From a virus (Duplodnaviria > Caudoviricetes): a DNA stretch of 60,299 nt. Every line of letters starts with the position of its first letter. The first letter of the stretch is position 1. A model generated the notes under the pieces. The model was not told where the DNA came from. It was given only the letters and a program-made list of their open reading frames with translations, and made no database searches. Below, piece after piece: positions 33,715 through 43,120 of this stretch. The stretch covers positions 1-60,299 of the IMG/VR virus record IMGVR_UViG_3300022181_000098; one strand, given 5' to 3'. The position numbers and the translations under genes are program-made.

Positions 33715-35828
33715 GCCGTCGCTCCTTTCTCTTCCCTGGTAAGTCCCTGCTGGTAATCCCGCATCTGCTCCGCCTGCCGCTGTCTCGCCCGGTCGGCCAC
33801 TTCCGCTCCGACCCTGAAGCCGTCAATGTCCGCCTTGGCCTTGGCCACCTTCACCTTCATGATGTCAATCGGGTCGCCGTTCCTGACGGAGTCGATCTGT
33901 GCCCTGAGGAGGTCGTTCTCAAGCTGCACCTTCTCGAGGGCGAAACCCTTGAGCTGCTGCTGGAAGGCCGCCTCTTCCTTGGCCTGTTGCGCGTGCCGTT
34001 CCAGGGTATCGATGATCCGCTGCTTGCGCTCGTCCTCGGACATGTCCTCGTCGCCCGGCCTGACCCCGACGATTTCCTTCAGCTTCTCCATGAGCATGTC
34101 CTTGTTCGGAAGCCCACTGAGGTCCATGGCTATGAGCATGATGTGCGGGGTCATCTCCGGCGGGGCCTTCTTCGCCCACTCGATGAGGAGGTTCATGTTC
34201 TGCTCTCTCACGGTATCCGTAGGCGGGGCCTCGGTCACGACAACATCGAACATCCCCTGAGTGACATTGTTCCTCACCACGTAGGTCCCTTTGTGCTGGT
34301 CGAATACGCGCTCGTTGAGGGACACGTACTTCTCGGCACCCGTCGCCCTGTCCGTCACCCTGAGAACCCGTTCGCCCGTCCATTGACCCTGGATCTCCGC
34401 CACCTGCAGGAGCCCCAGCATCCGCTTCGACCGGCGTAGGTTTTCGGCGAGCGGCGCCAGGATGATGGATGACTGAGCCTGTCTCTTCTCCTGCGCGACG
34501 CCGGAGAGGGCCTGGCCCTTGTAGCCGGCCTGCTCGTCGTTGGCGCCGCTGATCTCCTTGATCTCACGCTCACTCTCATGGAGCATGAGGACCTGGGCCT
34601 GCAGGGCACCCCTCTCGATGCCCTCCTGGATCGTGAAGGCACCTGACTTACCGGGAGCAACAACCATGAAGCCGTCGAGCTTGTTGGCCTCCTCGTAGAG
34701 GTGTTCGAGGGCGGTCTTGGCGGTGGCCCCTTCGGGCACCACGTCGGACTCTGCCACAACGCGCCGCTTCTGCAGCAGCGCCAGCGTCATGCTCCGCCGC
34801 TTGTTCACCTCGATTTGCTGCCCCTTGAGCTGCTGCGGCACACCGTAGGGGAAGCCGAAGCGGTCCAGGTACCCGACGAAGGGGACAAAGGGATAGTAGT
34901 CGTGGTTGAAGGGCGACGGGCCGTCATAGAGGACGATGTTATCCAGGAAGGAGGTCGTCCACATCCTGCGGACCGTGGCCCACACGACCTCGTCCGCGGC
35001 CTGCACCATGGCGAAGGCCTCCATGACATCACCCTTGAGCGGGATCTCCCGGGCCGTCTGGTCCCTGAACTTCGCCCAGAGGCTCTTCTGCGACACTGGA
35101 TACCACATCTCCACGGGACGGACCCGCCGGCGCTGCCGGGAGCGGCCGCCGAAGGTGCCCTTCAGGTCCTCGACCTGCTGCGCCTCGTCGTACCAGATGT
35201 TCACCGCGGAGTTCTGCCGGCCGTCACTGACCTGATGAGAGTAGACCTCGAGTTCCTCGCGCTTGTCGGGGTAGTCGTCCATGAGCGCCTCGATGTCCAT
35301 CCAAGGCTGGTGGAAGACGTACCGGCACTTGTCCGGGTCAAGCCACGGACTGGCGTACGGATCCCACCACATCTCCTTCCAATCCCGGGAAGACACCCGG
35401 ATCTTCTCCCTGCGGGGATCCCTGTCATGGCCGAGCATGAGCCAGCCGATGCCGGGCACTATCTGGCTCCTATAGGCCTGCGTGACGAGGAACTCCGTGC
35501 CGCTCTGGTCGTTGATGAACTGGATGCCCTCGCTCATCAGCTGACCTATCTCGCTGTCCTTATGGGTCCGGCCCTTGGCGCCCGTGTTGAACTTGTTCAC
35601 GATCTGCAGGCCGAGGAGGAGGTTGACCGTCGGGAAGATGCGGTTGATGGTCAGGGGATCGATGCCGGCGTTCCTCAGCTCGTCGTACTGGAGCGACGTG
35701 TACTGCTGGCCGTCGACGAACTCCTCGGCGGTCCACGACTCCGGCCGCCAGATGGTCGACACTTCCTGCGCCTCACGGACGAAGTTGTGCAGGTCCAGCA
35801 ATGAGTATCGGTCCTGACCCAGTTTCAC
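33711..35828 (-). CDS. Portal protein (P22-like)
   Basis: FVDGQQY..PLTINRI..WWDP..YPFVPF..PYGV..QIEVNKRRS..EISG; 705 aa downstream of terminase. Confidence 0.9.
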   Translation of the reverse strand: MKLGQDRYSLLDLHNFVREAQEVSTIWRPESWTAEEFVDGQQYTSLQYDELRNAGIDPLTINRIFPTVNLLLGLQIVNKFNTGAKGRTHKDSEIGQLMSEGIQFINDQSGTEFLVTQAYRSQIVPGIGWLMLGHDRDPRREKIRVSSRDWKEMWWDPYASPWLDPDKCRYVFHQPWMDIEALMDDYPDKREELEVYSHQVSDGRQNSAVNIWYDEAQQVEDLKGTFGGRSRQRRRVRPVEMWYPVSQKSLWAKFRDQTAREIPLKGDVMEAFAMVQAADEVVWATVRRMWTTSFLDNIVLYDGPSPFNHDYYPFVPFVGYLDRFGFPYGVPQQLKGQQIEVNKRRSMTLALLQKRRVVAESDVVPEGATAKTALEHLYEEANKLDGFMVVAPGKSGAFTIQEGIERGALQAQVLMLHESEREIKEISGANDEQAGYKGQALSGVAQEKRQAQSSIILAPLAENLRRSKRMLGLLQVAEIQGQWTGERVLRVTDRATGAEKYVSLNERVFDQHKGTYVVRNNVTQGMFDVVVTEAPPTDTVREQNMNLLIEWAKKAPPEMTPHIMLIAMDLSGLPNKDMLMEKLKEIVGVRPGDEDMSEDERKQRIIDTLERHAQQAKEEAAFQQQLKGFALEKVQLENDLLRAQIDSVRNGDPIDIMKVKVAKAKADIDGFRVGAEVADRARQRQAEQMRDYQQGLTREEKGATA

Positions 35829-35853
35829 ATGTGCCCCCTGAGCTCCTCGCCCA

Positions 35854-36786
35854 TCAATTCACCCCGAACGACGCGGGAAACTTCCGCCCTAAGGCCAGGT
35901 CTGTCTCGTATATCGGCGACACGCGGAACGGCAGCACGTCGCACTGGAACCCTGCCGCACCTTTGTGACCGCCACCGCCGCGCCTCTTGCACACTTCGCC
36001 GACGTCCACGTCCTCCCGGTCGCTGTAGAGCGAGACGGTCCAGCCCTTTCCACGATACCCGAAGGCCAACATGGCATCGTACTTGTTGCGGTCCCAGGCG
36101 GACTCAAAGAGCTTTGAGTTCGATAGCAGCTTGTTCACGGCCAGACACTTGAGCCCGTCAAATAGGACCGGGAAAGCCGCTGCGGCCATGTACTTGGCGT
36201 TTGACTGCGCCTCATACTCGAGGATGGCCTCGCCCTTCCAGATGATCCCGTCTACCTCCCAGCCCGGAAACTCATCCGGCTCGAAGAAGCGGCCCCAGAA
36301 TCCCTGGTCGTTCGGATCCGTGTTGTAGGTCCGCATACCATACTGGAACGCAAGCACCTGAGGGTTCTTCAGATCCCATACGTCGTACCGGCCCAGAAGG
36401 TGAACCGCCAGCGGTACCGGCGCCTTCTCGGGCTTGTCCCGCATGACGAAGTCCTGAATGTACTCCCAGGTAAGCTCGCAGCCGGCGCGGCCCACTTCCC
36501 GGAGGCCGGAGATAGCCTTCTCGATGTGGCGGGCGACGGACTCATCGATGGCGGTCTTGTGGTGGTCTATCCAGACCAGCGTGGCCAGGTTGGCCAGACG
36601 GATCATGTCCTCAAAGGGCTGCAGGCTGAAGTCGACCATGAACACGGGCTCGTTCTTCTCGATCGCGTCCCAGGGGAACGGCCGCCCGTAGTTGATGCCG
36701 ATGAGCTCGCACTCCGGGTAGAAATGCTTCACGATGGCCCCGGAGCACTGGCCGTCGAGGTCCGCGCTGTGGTAGAAACATTTCAT
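35854..36786 (-). CDS. DHH/DHHA1 family phosphoesterase
   Basis: H-ADLDG, VDF, WIDHH, GGGGHKGAAGF motifs. Confidence 0.9.
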   Translation of the reverse strand: MKCFYHSADLDGQCSGAIVKHFYPECELIGINYGRPFPWDAIEKNEPVFMVDFSLQPFEDMIRLANLATLVWIDHHKTAIDESVARHIEKAISGLREVGRAGCELTWEYIQDFVMRDKPEKAPVPLAVHLLGRYDVWDLKNPQVLAFQYGMRTYNTDPNDQGFWGRFFEPDEFPGWEVDGIIWKGEAILEYEAQSNAKYMAAAAFPVLFDGLKCLAVNKLLSNSKLFESAWDRNKYDAMLAFGYRGKGWTVSLYSDREDVDVGEVCKRRGGGGHKGAAGFQCDVLPFRVSPIYETDLALGRKFPASFGVN

Positions 36787-37109
36787 GCCTTTGCCTCCTT
36801 GGGCTGCCTGTAACCCCTGATGAGTGCTTCGAGTATCCAGACATAGTCAGCCGACGGATGGATGACGAGCACCCTGACAAGCTTATGGTTCTTAAAATGG
36901 ACATCGCGTACCGTGTACCGCTCGGTGGCGAACGTCACCCTTGCCTCTGACTCAGGGTGTGCCAAGGGGTAGATGATATCCTCCGCTTCCACGCCGTCGC
37001 CCTTCAGCTTTACGACGTGCGTCAGGCTCTCCGTGTCCCCGTCGCGTTTCCACTCCGGGACATCCACGACCCGGCCGTCATTGTGTCCGCCTATGCACAG
37101 GACGTTCAT
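36783..37109 (-). CDS. Hypothetical phage protein
   Basis: LCIGGHNDG motif; ATGA couplings. Confidence 0.6.
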   Translation of the reverse strand: MNVLCIGGHNDGRVVDVPEWKRDGDTESLTHVVKLKGDGVEAEDIIYPLAHPESEARVTFATERYTVRDVHFKNHKLVRVLVIHPSADYVWILEALIRGYRQPKEAKA

Positions 37110-37498
37110 ATCTTCCCCTCGTCGAGTTTGTGATCGCCACACCAGTCAGTCTCGAAGACCGCGGGGAAACCGTTCATGGTCGGGGCACGACGGCGACACC
37201 GCCCGAGACGGCCTCTCGTAGGTTTGCCGTTGACGTGCGTGACGACAAGAGGCACGGTCAGAGACGCGGCCTTGGCCGCAAACCACATGCAGGTCTTGCA
37301 GCGCATTCCGTCGGACCTGTGCGCCCAAGGGTCGTCTGCGGGTGCGCAAGCGGGGATGTCCAAGTGAATAATGACGTCGCCTGCCTTCGCCGCCTCCGCA
37401 TCGAGAAATGCCCGCCGTTTGGCCTCGGCCTCGCCGTCCTCCTTCTGTTGCTGGCTCTGCATCTTCCCGTCCGTCTTTGGCTTCTTTGTGCTCGTCAC
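37106..37498 (-). CDS. Hypothetical Cys-rich (metal-binding) phage protein
   Basis: CKTCMWF..GRCRRRAP..FPAV..DWCGDH. Confidence 0.65.
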   Translation of the reverse strand: MTSTKKPKTDGKMQSQQQKEDGEAEAKRRAFLDAEAAKAGDVIIHLDIPACAPADDPWAHRSDGMRCKTCMWFAAKAASLTVPLVVTHVNGKPTRGRLGRCRRRAPTMNGFPAVFETDWCGDHKLDEGKI

Positions 37499-37812
37499 AG
37501 TTCCACCCGGTCTATAAGCTGCCTCAGGGCGTAGACGACGTTGTCCACGCGGTCTGCGTAATAGGCGAGGTCTTCAGCAAGCGGAGTTGTATAGGGCGGC
37601 CTTCCCTGCTGCGTCGTCTCCTTCGGCGTTTCGGCATTGAGTACCGGCGCGAGCACGTCCAACAGAACAGGCACAAACGCCTCCAACCGGTCAATTGCGG
37701 CGCCCATGTGCCCCATTTGAGCCCGCACTTGCTTCTTCGATGGATGAGGGTCGGGTTCCCCACCGGCGATGCTGTTGCCACAGTTCCTTAAAGCGACATT
37801 TCTTGGGTCCAT
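37495..37812 (-). CDS. Hypothetical protein
   Basis: AAGGAG RBS; coupled to the next gene. Confidence 0.6.
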   Translation of the reverse strand: MDPRNVALRNCGNSIAGGEPDPHPSKKQVRAQMGHMGAAIDRLEAFVPVLLDVLAPVLNAETPKETTQQGRPPYTTPLAEDLAYYADRVDNVVYALRQLIDRVEL

Positions 37813-37826
37813 ACTGCTCTCCTTTC

Positions 37827-39371
37827 CTATTTCCTCTTGGGCTGAAAGCCTTCCAAGCCCTGAGCCCCGTAGAGGTTCACGCTTGTCGAGAAGACGTGGA
37901 AGGCGTCGGCGCCGTTGCTGGCCCAGTCATGAAGCGGCTGGTTCCGGTAGCAGCCGTTGTGCTCATCCCACTCCTTCCGGTAGTTCTCGAGACACTTGAT
38001 CCCCTCGGCACATCTCTCCTCGTCGAAGATGCACAGGGGGAGGACTTCTCTCGTTGCCGCGATCTGGTCTTCCTTGATGACCACCGGCGCCGGCGTCGCC
38101 TTGATGCCGTACCTGGCCGCCTGCTGGACCCGCGTCTTTCCCGGGCCCCACTCGCGGACCTTGACGTCGTGGGGGAACATGAACCGGCCGTACTCGTAGC
38201 CGCGGTCCTGCTCGCGCCGCCGGAGCTCCTTCGCGTAGTAGTCCAGGCCTTCACCGTTGTGCTCGAGGAAGTCGATGACCGCGAACACGCCGCCGCGGGG
38301 CTGCACGAACCAGATGTCGGTGGTGTCGTCGATGCCGATGTCCCAGTACGTGTCGACGGGGATTCCGGGAACATGCGGGACCGACTTGATCCGGCCCTCG
38401 CGGTAGATCGCCTGGAACTGGTGGGTGAAGTAGGCGCCGACGATGGTCGTCTCAAAGGCCTCCTCAGGCGTTGACGGATGTTCGCGCTTCATCTCGTCGC
38501 CCTGGATGACCCACTTCTTCGCGTACCACGCCTTCTGCCGCGCCGTCAGTCTGATGCCGCCCCTGATAACCTGGTTACCGCGCCAGTGCTCCTTCAGATT
38601 CTCGAGGGATGTGAAGTACTCCTGGAGTTTGTCCGGGATCGGCACGTTCTCCGCGTCCAGCTGGTTGCGGGGATCCTCGAACCAAGCGTAGAAGAAGAAC
38701 TTCATGTCGAGGGGCGTGAGCGGGCCGTTGGAGAGCCGGGCCTTCTTCGCTGTCTCGCAGAAGTCGAAGAAATAACCGCCTTTGCCCTCGGCGGTGGACT
38801 CAATGATGATCACCTGGCCGACGTGGACCGTGTTCAGGGCACCGGTGACGATCTCCTTCGCCTTCTCAGGATACTTCCTGCAGGTCTTGCCGAACTCCGA
38901 TATATGGAGGTACTGGTTCGTCGAGGACCTCATCGAGGTACCGACGCGGATGGCACTGTTGTTGTTGAACTTGAGCTCCCGGGTGCTCGAGGTGTCCGCC
39001 TTGCGCCAGGCTCTGAGCTCCTCGTCCAGGTTGTCGTAGGCGAACTTGATCTTGTCCTGGAAGAAGGATTCTGCGTCTTCTCGGTTGTGGGCGATGATGG
39101 CGCAGCGGATATTGTCGTTGAAGAGGCACGTATCGAGGAAGATGATGCAGACCTCGGTGGTGATGCCGTGCTGCCGGCTCTTCAGGATGATGGTGCTGTA
39201 CCAGAGGTCCATGTAGAGGTCGAGTTGGACGGCGGTCATCTGGAACTTGACCTTCTCGCCCTTCTCGTTGATTATCCAGTAGAGGTTGTTCAGACGCCAC
39301 AGCTGGTCGTCGAAGTGCTCTTCGATCTGCCGGTCCAGGGATTGGGCCGTGTTGTTAGCTTGAGCGCTCAC
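37827..39371 (-). CDS. terL: Terminase large subunit
   Basis: ILKSRQHGITT (Walker A), LHISE (Walker B), IESTAEG, WDIG..D, HDWASNGADAF; GTG start 39371. Confidence 0.95.
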   Translation of the reverse strand: MSAQANNTAQSLDRQIEEHFDDQLWRLNNLYWIINEKGEKVKFQMTAVQLDLYMDLWYSTIILKSRQHGITTEVCIIFLDTCLFNDNIRCAIIAHNREDAESFFQDKIKFAYDNLDEELRAWRKADTSSTRELKFNNNSAIRVGTSMRSSTNQYLHISEFGKTCRKYPEKAKEIVTGALNTVHVGQVIIIESTAEGKGGYFFDFCETAKKARLSNGPLTPLDMKFFFYAWFEDPRNQLDAENVPIPDKLQEYFTSLENLKEHWRGNQVIRGGIRLTARQKAWYAKKWVIQGDEMKREHPSTPEEAFETTIVGAYFTHQFQAIYREGRIKSVPHVPGIPVDTYWDIGIDDTTDIWFVQPRGGVFAVIDFLEHNGEGLDYYAKELRRREQDRGYEYGRFMFPHDVKVREWGPGKTRVQQAARYGIKATPAPVVIKEDQIAATREVLPLCIFDEERCAEGIKCLENYRKEWDEHNGCYRNQPLHDWASNGADAFHVFSTSVNLYGAQGLEGFQPKRK

Positions 39372-39969
39372 TCGGGATCCCTTTCGTGTGGTTGCAGACC
39401 CTATCGAGGATGTTGCCCAGCGGGGAACCGTCCGGGTTGCCGATGGTATGGTCAACCTTGTCCCTCATGTCCGTGCAGTTGACCGCGACGAACATGGCGA
39501 ACTTGGTGTCATAGAGGCCGGCGAGGCCATTGTGGATCAGGAATTCCTTCTGCAGAGCCTTCGCACGCGTATACGCTCCCAAAAACTCCTCGTGTTCCTT
39601 CGTCCAGTTCAGCAGGGTGTTCTCATCGACACCGATCGACCGGGCGAAGGCGGACAGCAGGGGGAGCTTCTCGGGAACCTCGACCATATGCTTCGTGATG
39701 CCTGTCTTTGTGATGTGGGATACTTCCTTCAGCGTGGTCGGGTCCTTGCTGAAGAAGGCGATGATCGCCTCACAATACTCGGGTCTATACTTGGTCGGGC
39801 GACCGCCCTTATCCTTGGAGGTTTTACTCGTGGGGCGACCTGCCTTACCCCTGGAGGCTTCGGTGGTCACCCCTTTGTTTGGTTTTCGTGTGGAGGTCGG
39901 AGGGGTCGCCGCTGCGGGCTTCCCCTTTTTTCCGGTGGTCTTTGAAACAAGAGGCTTCGACGAACGCAT
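39355..39969 (-). CDS. terS: Terminase small subunit
   Basis: GGRPTKYRPEY..FARSIGV..TLLNW..EF; overlaps the terL start. Confidence 0.85.
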   Translation of the reverse strand: MRSSKPLVSKTTGKKGKPAAATPPTSTRKPNKGVTTEASRGKAGRPTSKTSKDKGGRPTKYRPEYCEAIIAFFSKDPTTLKEVSHITKTGITKHMVEVPEKLPLLSAFARSIGVDENTLLNWTKEHEEFLGAYTRAKALQKEFLIHNGLAGLYDTKFAMFVAVNCTDMRDKVDHTIGNPDGSPLGNILDRVCNHTKGIPSERSS

Positions 39970-40004
39970 GTAAACAGTCTACCGGAGGGCTGTCACATGC
40001 GACA

Positions 40005-40055
40005 GACCTCAAAGGGACTGCAAAAGACCCTCAAAAGACCCTCAAAGAGCCCTCA
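40005..40055. repeat. Phased ~11-bp direct repeats upstream of terS
   Basis: gacctcaaag..caaaagaccctcaaaagaccctcaaagagccctca. Confidence 0.65.
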
Positions 40056-40276
40056 TTCTTTTTGGTGCGGAATTCGTCCCACCAGCTACTGAATTTCTCG
40101 GGATCGATATAGGGCTTGCCGTTGACATGCCTGTCGAGAGGAAGGCCGTACTGCTTCTCCCACCTCTTCACCTTCTGCCACTTGTGTTTCTCGGACGAGG
40201 AGGGCTTCAGGTCCATGAACATTCTCAAGAAATCGATGATCGGCTTGCGACCGACTATTTCGGGATCCTCAGGCAT
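40031..40276 (-). CDS. Small HTH-like DNA-binding protein, candidate late-gene activator
   Basis: GRKPI..FL..KVKRWEKQYGLPL..GKPYID..L/F..WW resembles MerR/Xis-like HTH; last gene before terS. Confidence 0.55.
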   Translation of the reverse strand: MPEDPEIVGRKPIIDFLRMFMDLKPSSSEKHKWQKVKRWEKQYGLPLDRHVNGKPYIDPEKFSSWWDEFRTKKNEGSLRVF

Positions 40277-40581
40277 CTTTCTCTGTTCTTCGAGGCAGCG
40301 TCATCGTGAACATCTCCGGATTGTCGACAATAAGAGCCTGGATACCCGCCGCGAGCCGTTGCACCGTATCCTCCTTCAATTCGAGATGCAGCGCATACGA
40401 GATCTGGTGAAATATCTCATGCAGCAACGTCTCTTTCTGCTGGGACTCCGTCTGACAGGTATCCACCCGGATATATCCTTTCATCCCGCAGCTGTTACCC
40501 AGGTATCCCCTCGTGCCGAAGGTCCCTGTATTCGAACGTGTATGTGTGACCCAGAATCTTGATGGAGTCTGCCATACCCAT
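40269..40581 (-). pseudogene. Small HExxH (zincin-like) phage protein with a 1-nt frameshift
   Basis: MGMADSIKILGHTY.. frame stops at ~40495; removing one G from the G4 run (40507-10) fuses it to ..ETLLHEIFH. Confidence 0.6.
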
Positions 40582-40729
40582 TGTTCTCTCGTCCCTCTTT
40601 CCGAAGCGCTGATCGGATTCGCTCACTTATCCCCCTTCATCACCATCTCCAGTAGCTCGACGACATACAGGCCCAGACCGCACACCACGACTATCCCGCA
40701 CAGAATGAGCTCCCAGAGGCTCGGATCGT

Positions 40730-41575
40730 TCATGCTCCGCAGGCCTTCATTCCGTGGTGCAGATACCACGCTACCTGCTGCTCCGGTGTCCGGAACTCCG
40801 CGTTCGCGTGCTCCCGGATCCTGTCGATTAAGTCTTCCTTGCAGACGATGGTGATGAAATCCTTGCCGACGAGGCCGATTGGCTTGCCTGCTTTCTGCGT
40901 TTCATCCGGCGCCGCCTTTGACTCCTCTTTCGGGGATATCGTTTCAGCCGCGGGCTCCTTCGTTTCACGGACGGGCTTTTCTTTCTCAGGTTTCGGGGGT
41001 TTCGTTTCAGCTGCCGGCGGATTCTTGCGACCAGCATCGACCGAGTTCAAATGGTCGTCCGTCTTTATCCTGAGAGCGACGGACTTCGGATCCTCGCCGT
41101 TATGCGCCCTATTCTTCAGGTATGTGTAGTACGTAATCCCGTATTCCACGCGGAAGTGCGTGGCGCAGAACCCGAAAAACGCTCCGTACTTCTCGCAGCC
41201 TTCGACTTTACAGATGAGGTGTCTCCCCATGCTCTTTTCCTCCTTGAGCGGCTTAAGCATTTCGCCTTTTCGCCTTTTTTCAATAAGACTTTCGCCAAGT
41301 TGCATCGGGCTACTGCTGTTTGCGTTAATATTATTAGCGGGATTTACACCGCTGAAATATGTTGTGGAATAAGTTACGGGCTCTTTTACAGCCACCATAA
41401 ACGGCCACCGTGCCGGCACGCCCACAACCGCATAGTTCCCGCAGCCGCAGTGGTACTCAACCGGGCTGTTCGCCCGGCCGGTGATTACCTCTACCTGGTG
41501 GCCGTGCATGCAGTGGGCGCAGACGATCGGGCGGTGGGGGTTCAGGAGGGGCTGGAGTTGGGGCTTGGGGTCCAT
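40730..41575 (-). CDS. Hypothetical protein with Zn-binding motifs
   Basis: CAHC..CGC and CKVEGC..CATH motifs. Confidence 0.55.
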   Translation of the reverse strand: MDPKPQLQPLLNPHRPIVCAHCMHGHQVEVITGRANSPVEYHCGCGNYAVVGVPARWPFMVAVKEPVTYSTTYFSGVNPANNINANSSSPMQLGESLIEKRRKGEMLKPLKEEKSMGRHLICKVEGCEKYGAFFGFCATHFRVEYGITYYTYLKNRAHNGEDPKSVALRIKTDDHLNSVDAGRKNPPAAETKPPKPEKEKPVRETKEPAAETISPKEESKAAPDETQKAGKPIGLVGKDFITIVCKEDLIDRIREHANAEFRTPEQQVAWYLHHGMKACGA

Positions 41576-41964
41576 CAGGCAGCCACCATCTGACTGAACG
41601 CCTCATAGTGCCAGTGCTTCGGCGCTCCCCTCACTTTCCTGTCTTCCTCGCGCTTCTTGTATTCCACCCCGATGAAGACGAACTCCGGATACATGGCTGC
41701 CGCCACCTTGATCTTGACCCGGGCGTCTTCCTCCCAGAAACCTTTCGTTTCATGCAGCTCGATGTGATCGTCGAACGTGACTACAAAGTCGGGCGTGTAG
41801 AACGTGTTCGCGGCAAGTCTCAGCTTCAAGGCTTCATAGCGGTAGCTCACGATCTCCCCACGCCGTTTGCGCTCCTCGAGGACCTGATCGGCATACAGTT
41901 TTTCCAAAGAGCCCATACTCCCTGGAACGGGCTTCGGTCGTGGCCTGATCCTGAATCCTTTCAC
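41575..41964 (-). CDS. PD-(D/E)xK nuclease, DUF1064-like
   Basis: YTPDF..ELHETKGFW..KIKVAA; GTG start 41964. Confidence 0.8.
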   Translation of the reverse strand: MKGFRIRPRPKPVPGSMGSLEKLYADQVLEERKRRGEIVSYRYEALKLRLAANTFYTPDFVVTFDDHIELHETKGFWEEDARVKIKVAAAMYPEFVFIGVEYKKREEDRKVRGAPKHWHYEAFSQMVAA

Positions 41965-42248
41965 CCTTCCACCCCCTGCCGCGGCCGGAAATGGCCGGTC
42001 TTCTTCCCGCTGAGTATGTCCTGAATGTCCTGAAACCGCCGCGGGTCCATCTGGCCACAGTAGACGACGATCGTCAGGTCCCCCTTCCCGGTCCAGTCCG
42101 TCTTGTCCTGGATCCGGTGGCCGATGACCTGGCCGGGCTGCAACGTGGAGAGCTTTTCCTCGAGCTCGGCAAGGGGGCGGGGCGGCTTGGCGGGTAGCTC
42201 CTGGGGAGCCTGCAACATTGGCGGCCTGTATCTGCGCATCCAAAACAT
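41961..42248 (-). CDS. Hypothetical protein
   Basis: GGAGG RBS, coupled to neighbours. Confidence 0.5.
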   Translation of the reverse strand: MFWMRRYRPPMLQAPQELPAKPPRPLAELEEKLSTLQPGQVIGHRIQDKTDWTGKGDLTIVVYCGQMDPRRFQDIQDILSGKKTGHFRPRQGVEG

Positions 42249-42249
42249 A

Positions 42250-42471
42250 CTATTTGCCCTCCTTTATCAGCCTTGCGGCCTTCTTGAAATATCCTTGTGC
42301 GCGGACCATCCGGCGCTTCTGCTCCTCGATGTTGCCCGCATGGTAGGCCTTCTCCATCTCAGCAATCTCAACCTTAATCGCCCTGGCATATTTCCATTGC
42401 TTGCGCTGTATCTCATCAAGTGTGACTTCCTGCCGGTCCATCCAATCCAAGAGTGCCTTGAACATCTTCAT
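42250..42471 (-). CDS. Hypothetical protein
   Basis: 73-aa helical ORF with GAGG RBS. Confidence 0.55.
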   Translation of the reverse strand: MKMFKALLDWMDRQEVTLDEIQRKQWKYARAIKVEIAEMEKAYHAGNIEEQKRRMVRAQGYFKKAARLIKEGK

Positions 42472-43111
42472 CAGTTACCTCGAGCTCGGGAATAAAATCG
42501 TCTTCAGGCGGAGGTGGCTCAAACATCGACTGCGGACCCCTGCGGGCCGGCGGGCCGTCCATTCTTGGAGTCAGGATCCGGTGGCGGACCATGCTGGGTC
42601 TGATGTGCATCGCCCTGACCATCTGGTCCCCATGCTGTTCGTAGACGATGGTGATAGCCTTGCCGGGCTCCAGGTTTGTGTCGTTCGGGTCGATGTAGGC
42701 TGAAAGCGCCTTGCCCTCCTTCGTCCATATCGTCGCGTTCGCCTTGATGAAGTCGGGCACCTGGACGGAGGTCGGCTTCTTGTTGATGACCGCATCGACC
42801 AGTTCCGCGATCTCAGCGTGGGTCATCATGATATCTTTGACCTCGTTCTTTTCCCGGAGTTTGCGGCGCTGCAGCTCGGCGCCCACCCTGGTCTCCTTGT
42901 ATTTCCTCAGGTAGCGCATGAGAATGGGATACGTCAGTTTTATGACCTCCGCCTCCATCATCTCATCGAAGGACCTGACCATGTCGTCGTCGGTGAAGCG
43001 CCCGTTGATCCTGTCGAAGATCGCCATGGCCGTCGGCTTGTTTGAAAGATCGTTCACGTTCATGAGGTTGCAGAAGTCACGGACCTTGTTTTTGTAGAGT
43101 TCCTTGTTCAC
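42416..43111 (-). CDS. Hypothetical replication-region protein (helicase-loader position)
   Basis: Directly after the initiator gene; GGAGG RBS. Confidence 0.55.
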   Translation of the reverse strand: MNKELYKNKVRDFCNLMNVNDLSNKPTAMAIFDRINGRFTDDDMVRSFDEMMEAEVIKLTYPILMRYLRKYKETRVGAELQRRKLREKNEVKDIMMTHAEIAELVDAVINKKPTSVQVPDFIKANATIWTKEGKALSAYIDPNDTNLEPGKAITIVYEQHGDQMVRAMHIRPSMVRHRILTPRMDGPPARRGPQSMFEPPPPEDDFIPELEVTDEDVQGTLGLDGPAGSHT

Positions 43112-43120
43112 GGTGCCTCC

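Noticed and set aside
34581-34592. 12-nt match (gagcatgaggac) between the leader-proximal spacer and the portal gene
   Set aside because: Too short and does not extend; found by eye among several spacers, so not accepted as self-targeting.
7320-39945. Many long + strand ORFs opposite the structural genes
   Set aside because: Shadow ORFs typical of GC-rich coding DNA; the - strand genes carry the motifs and RBSs.
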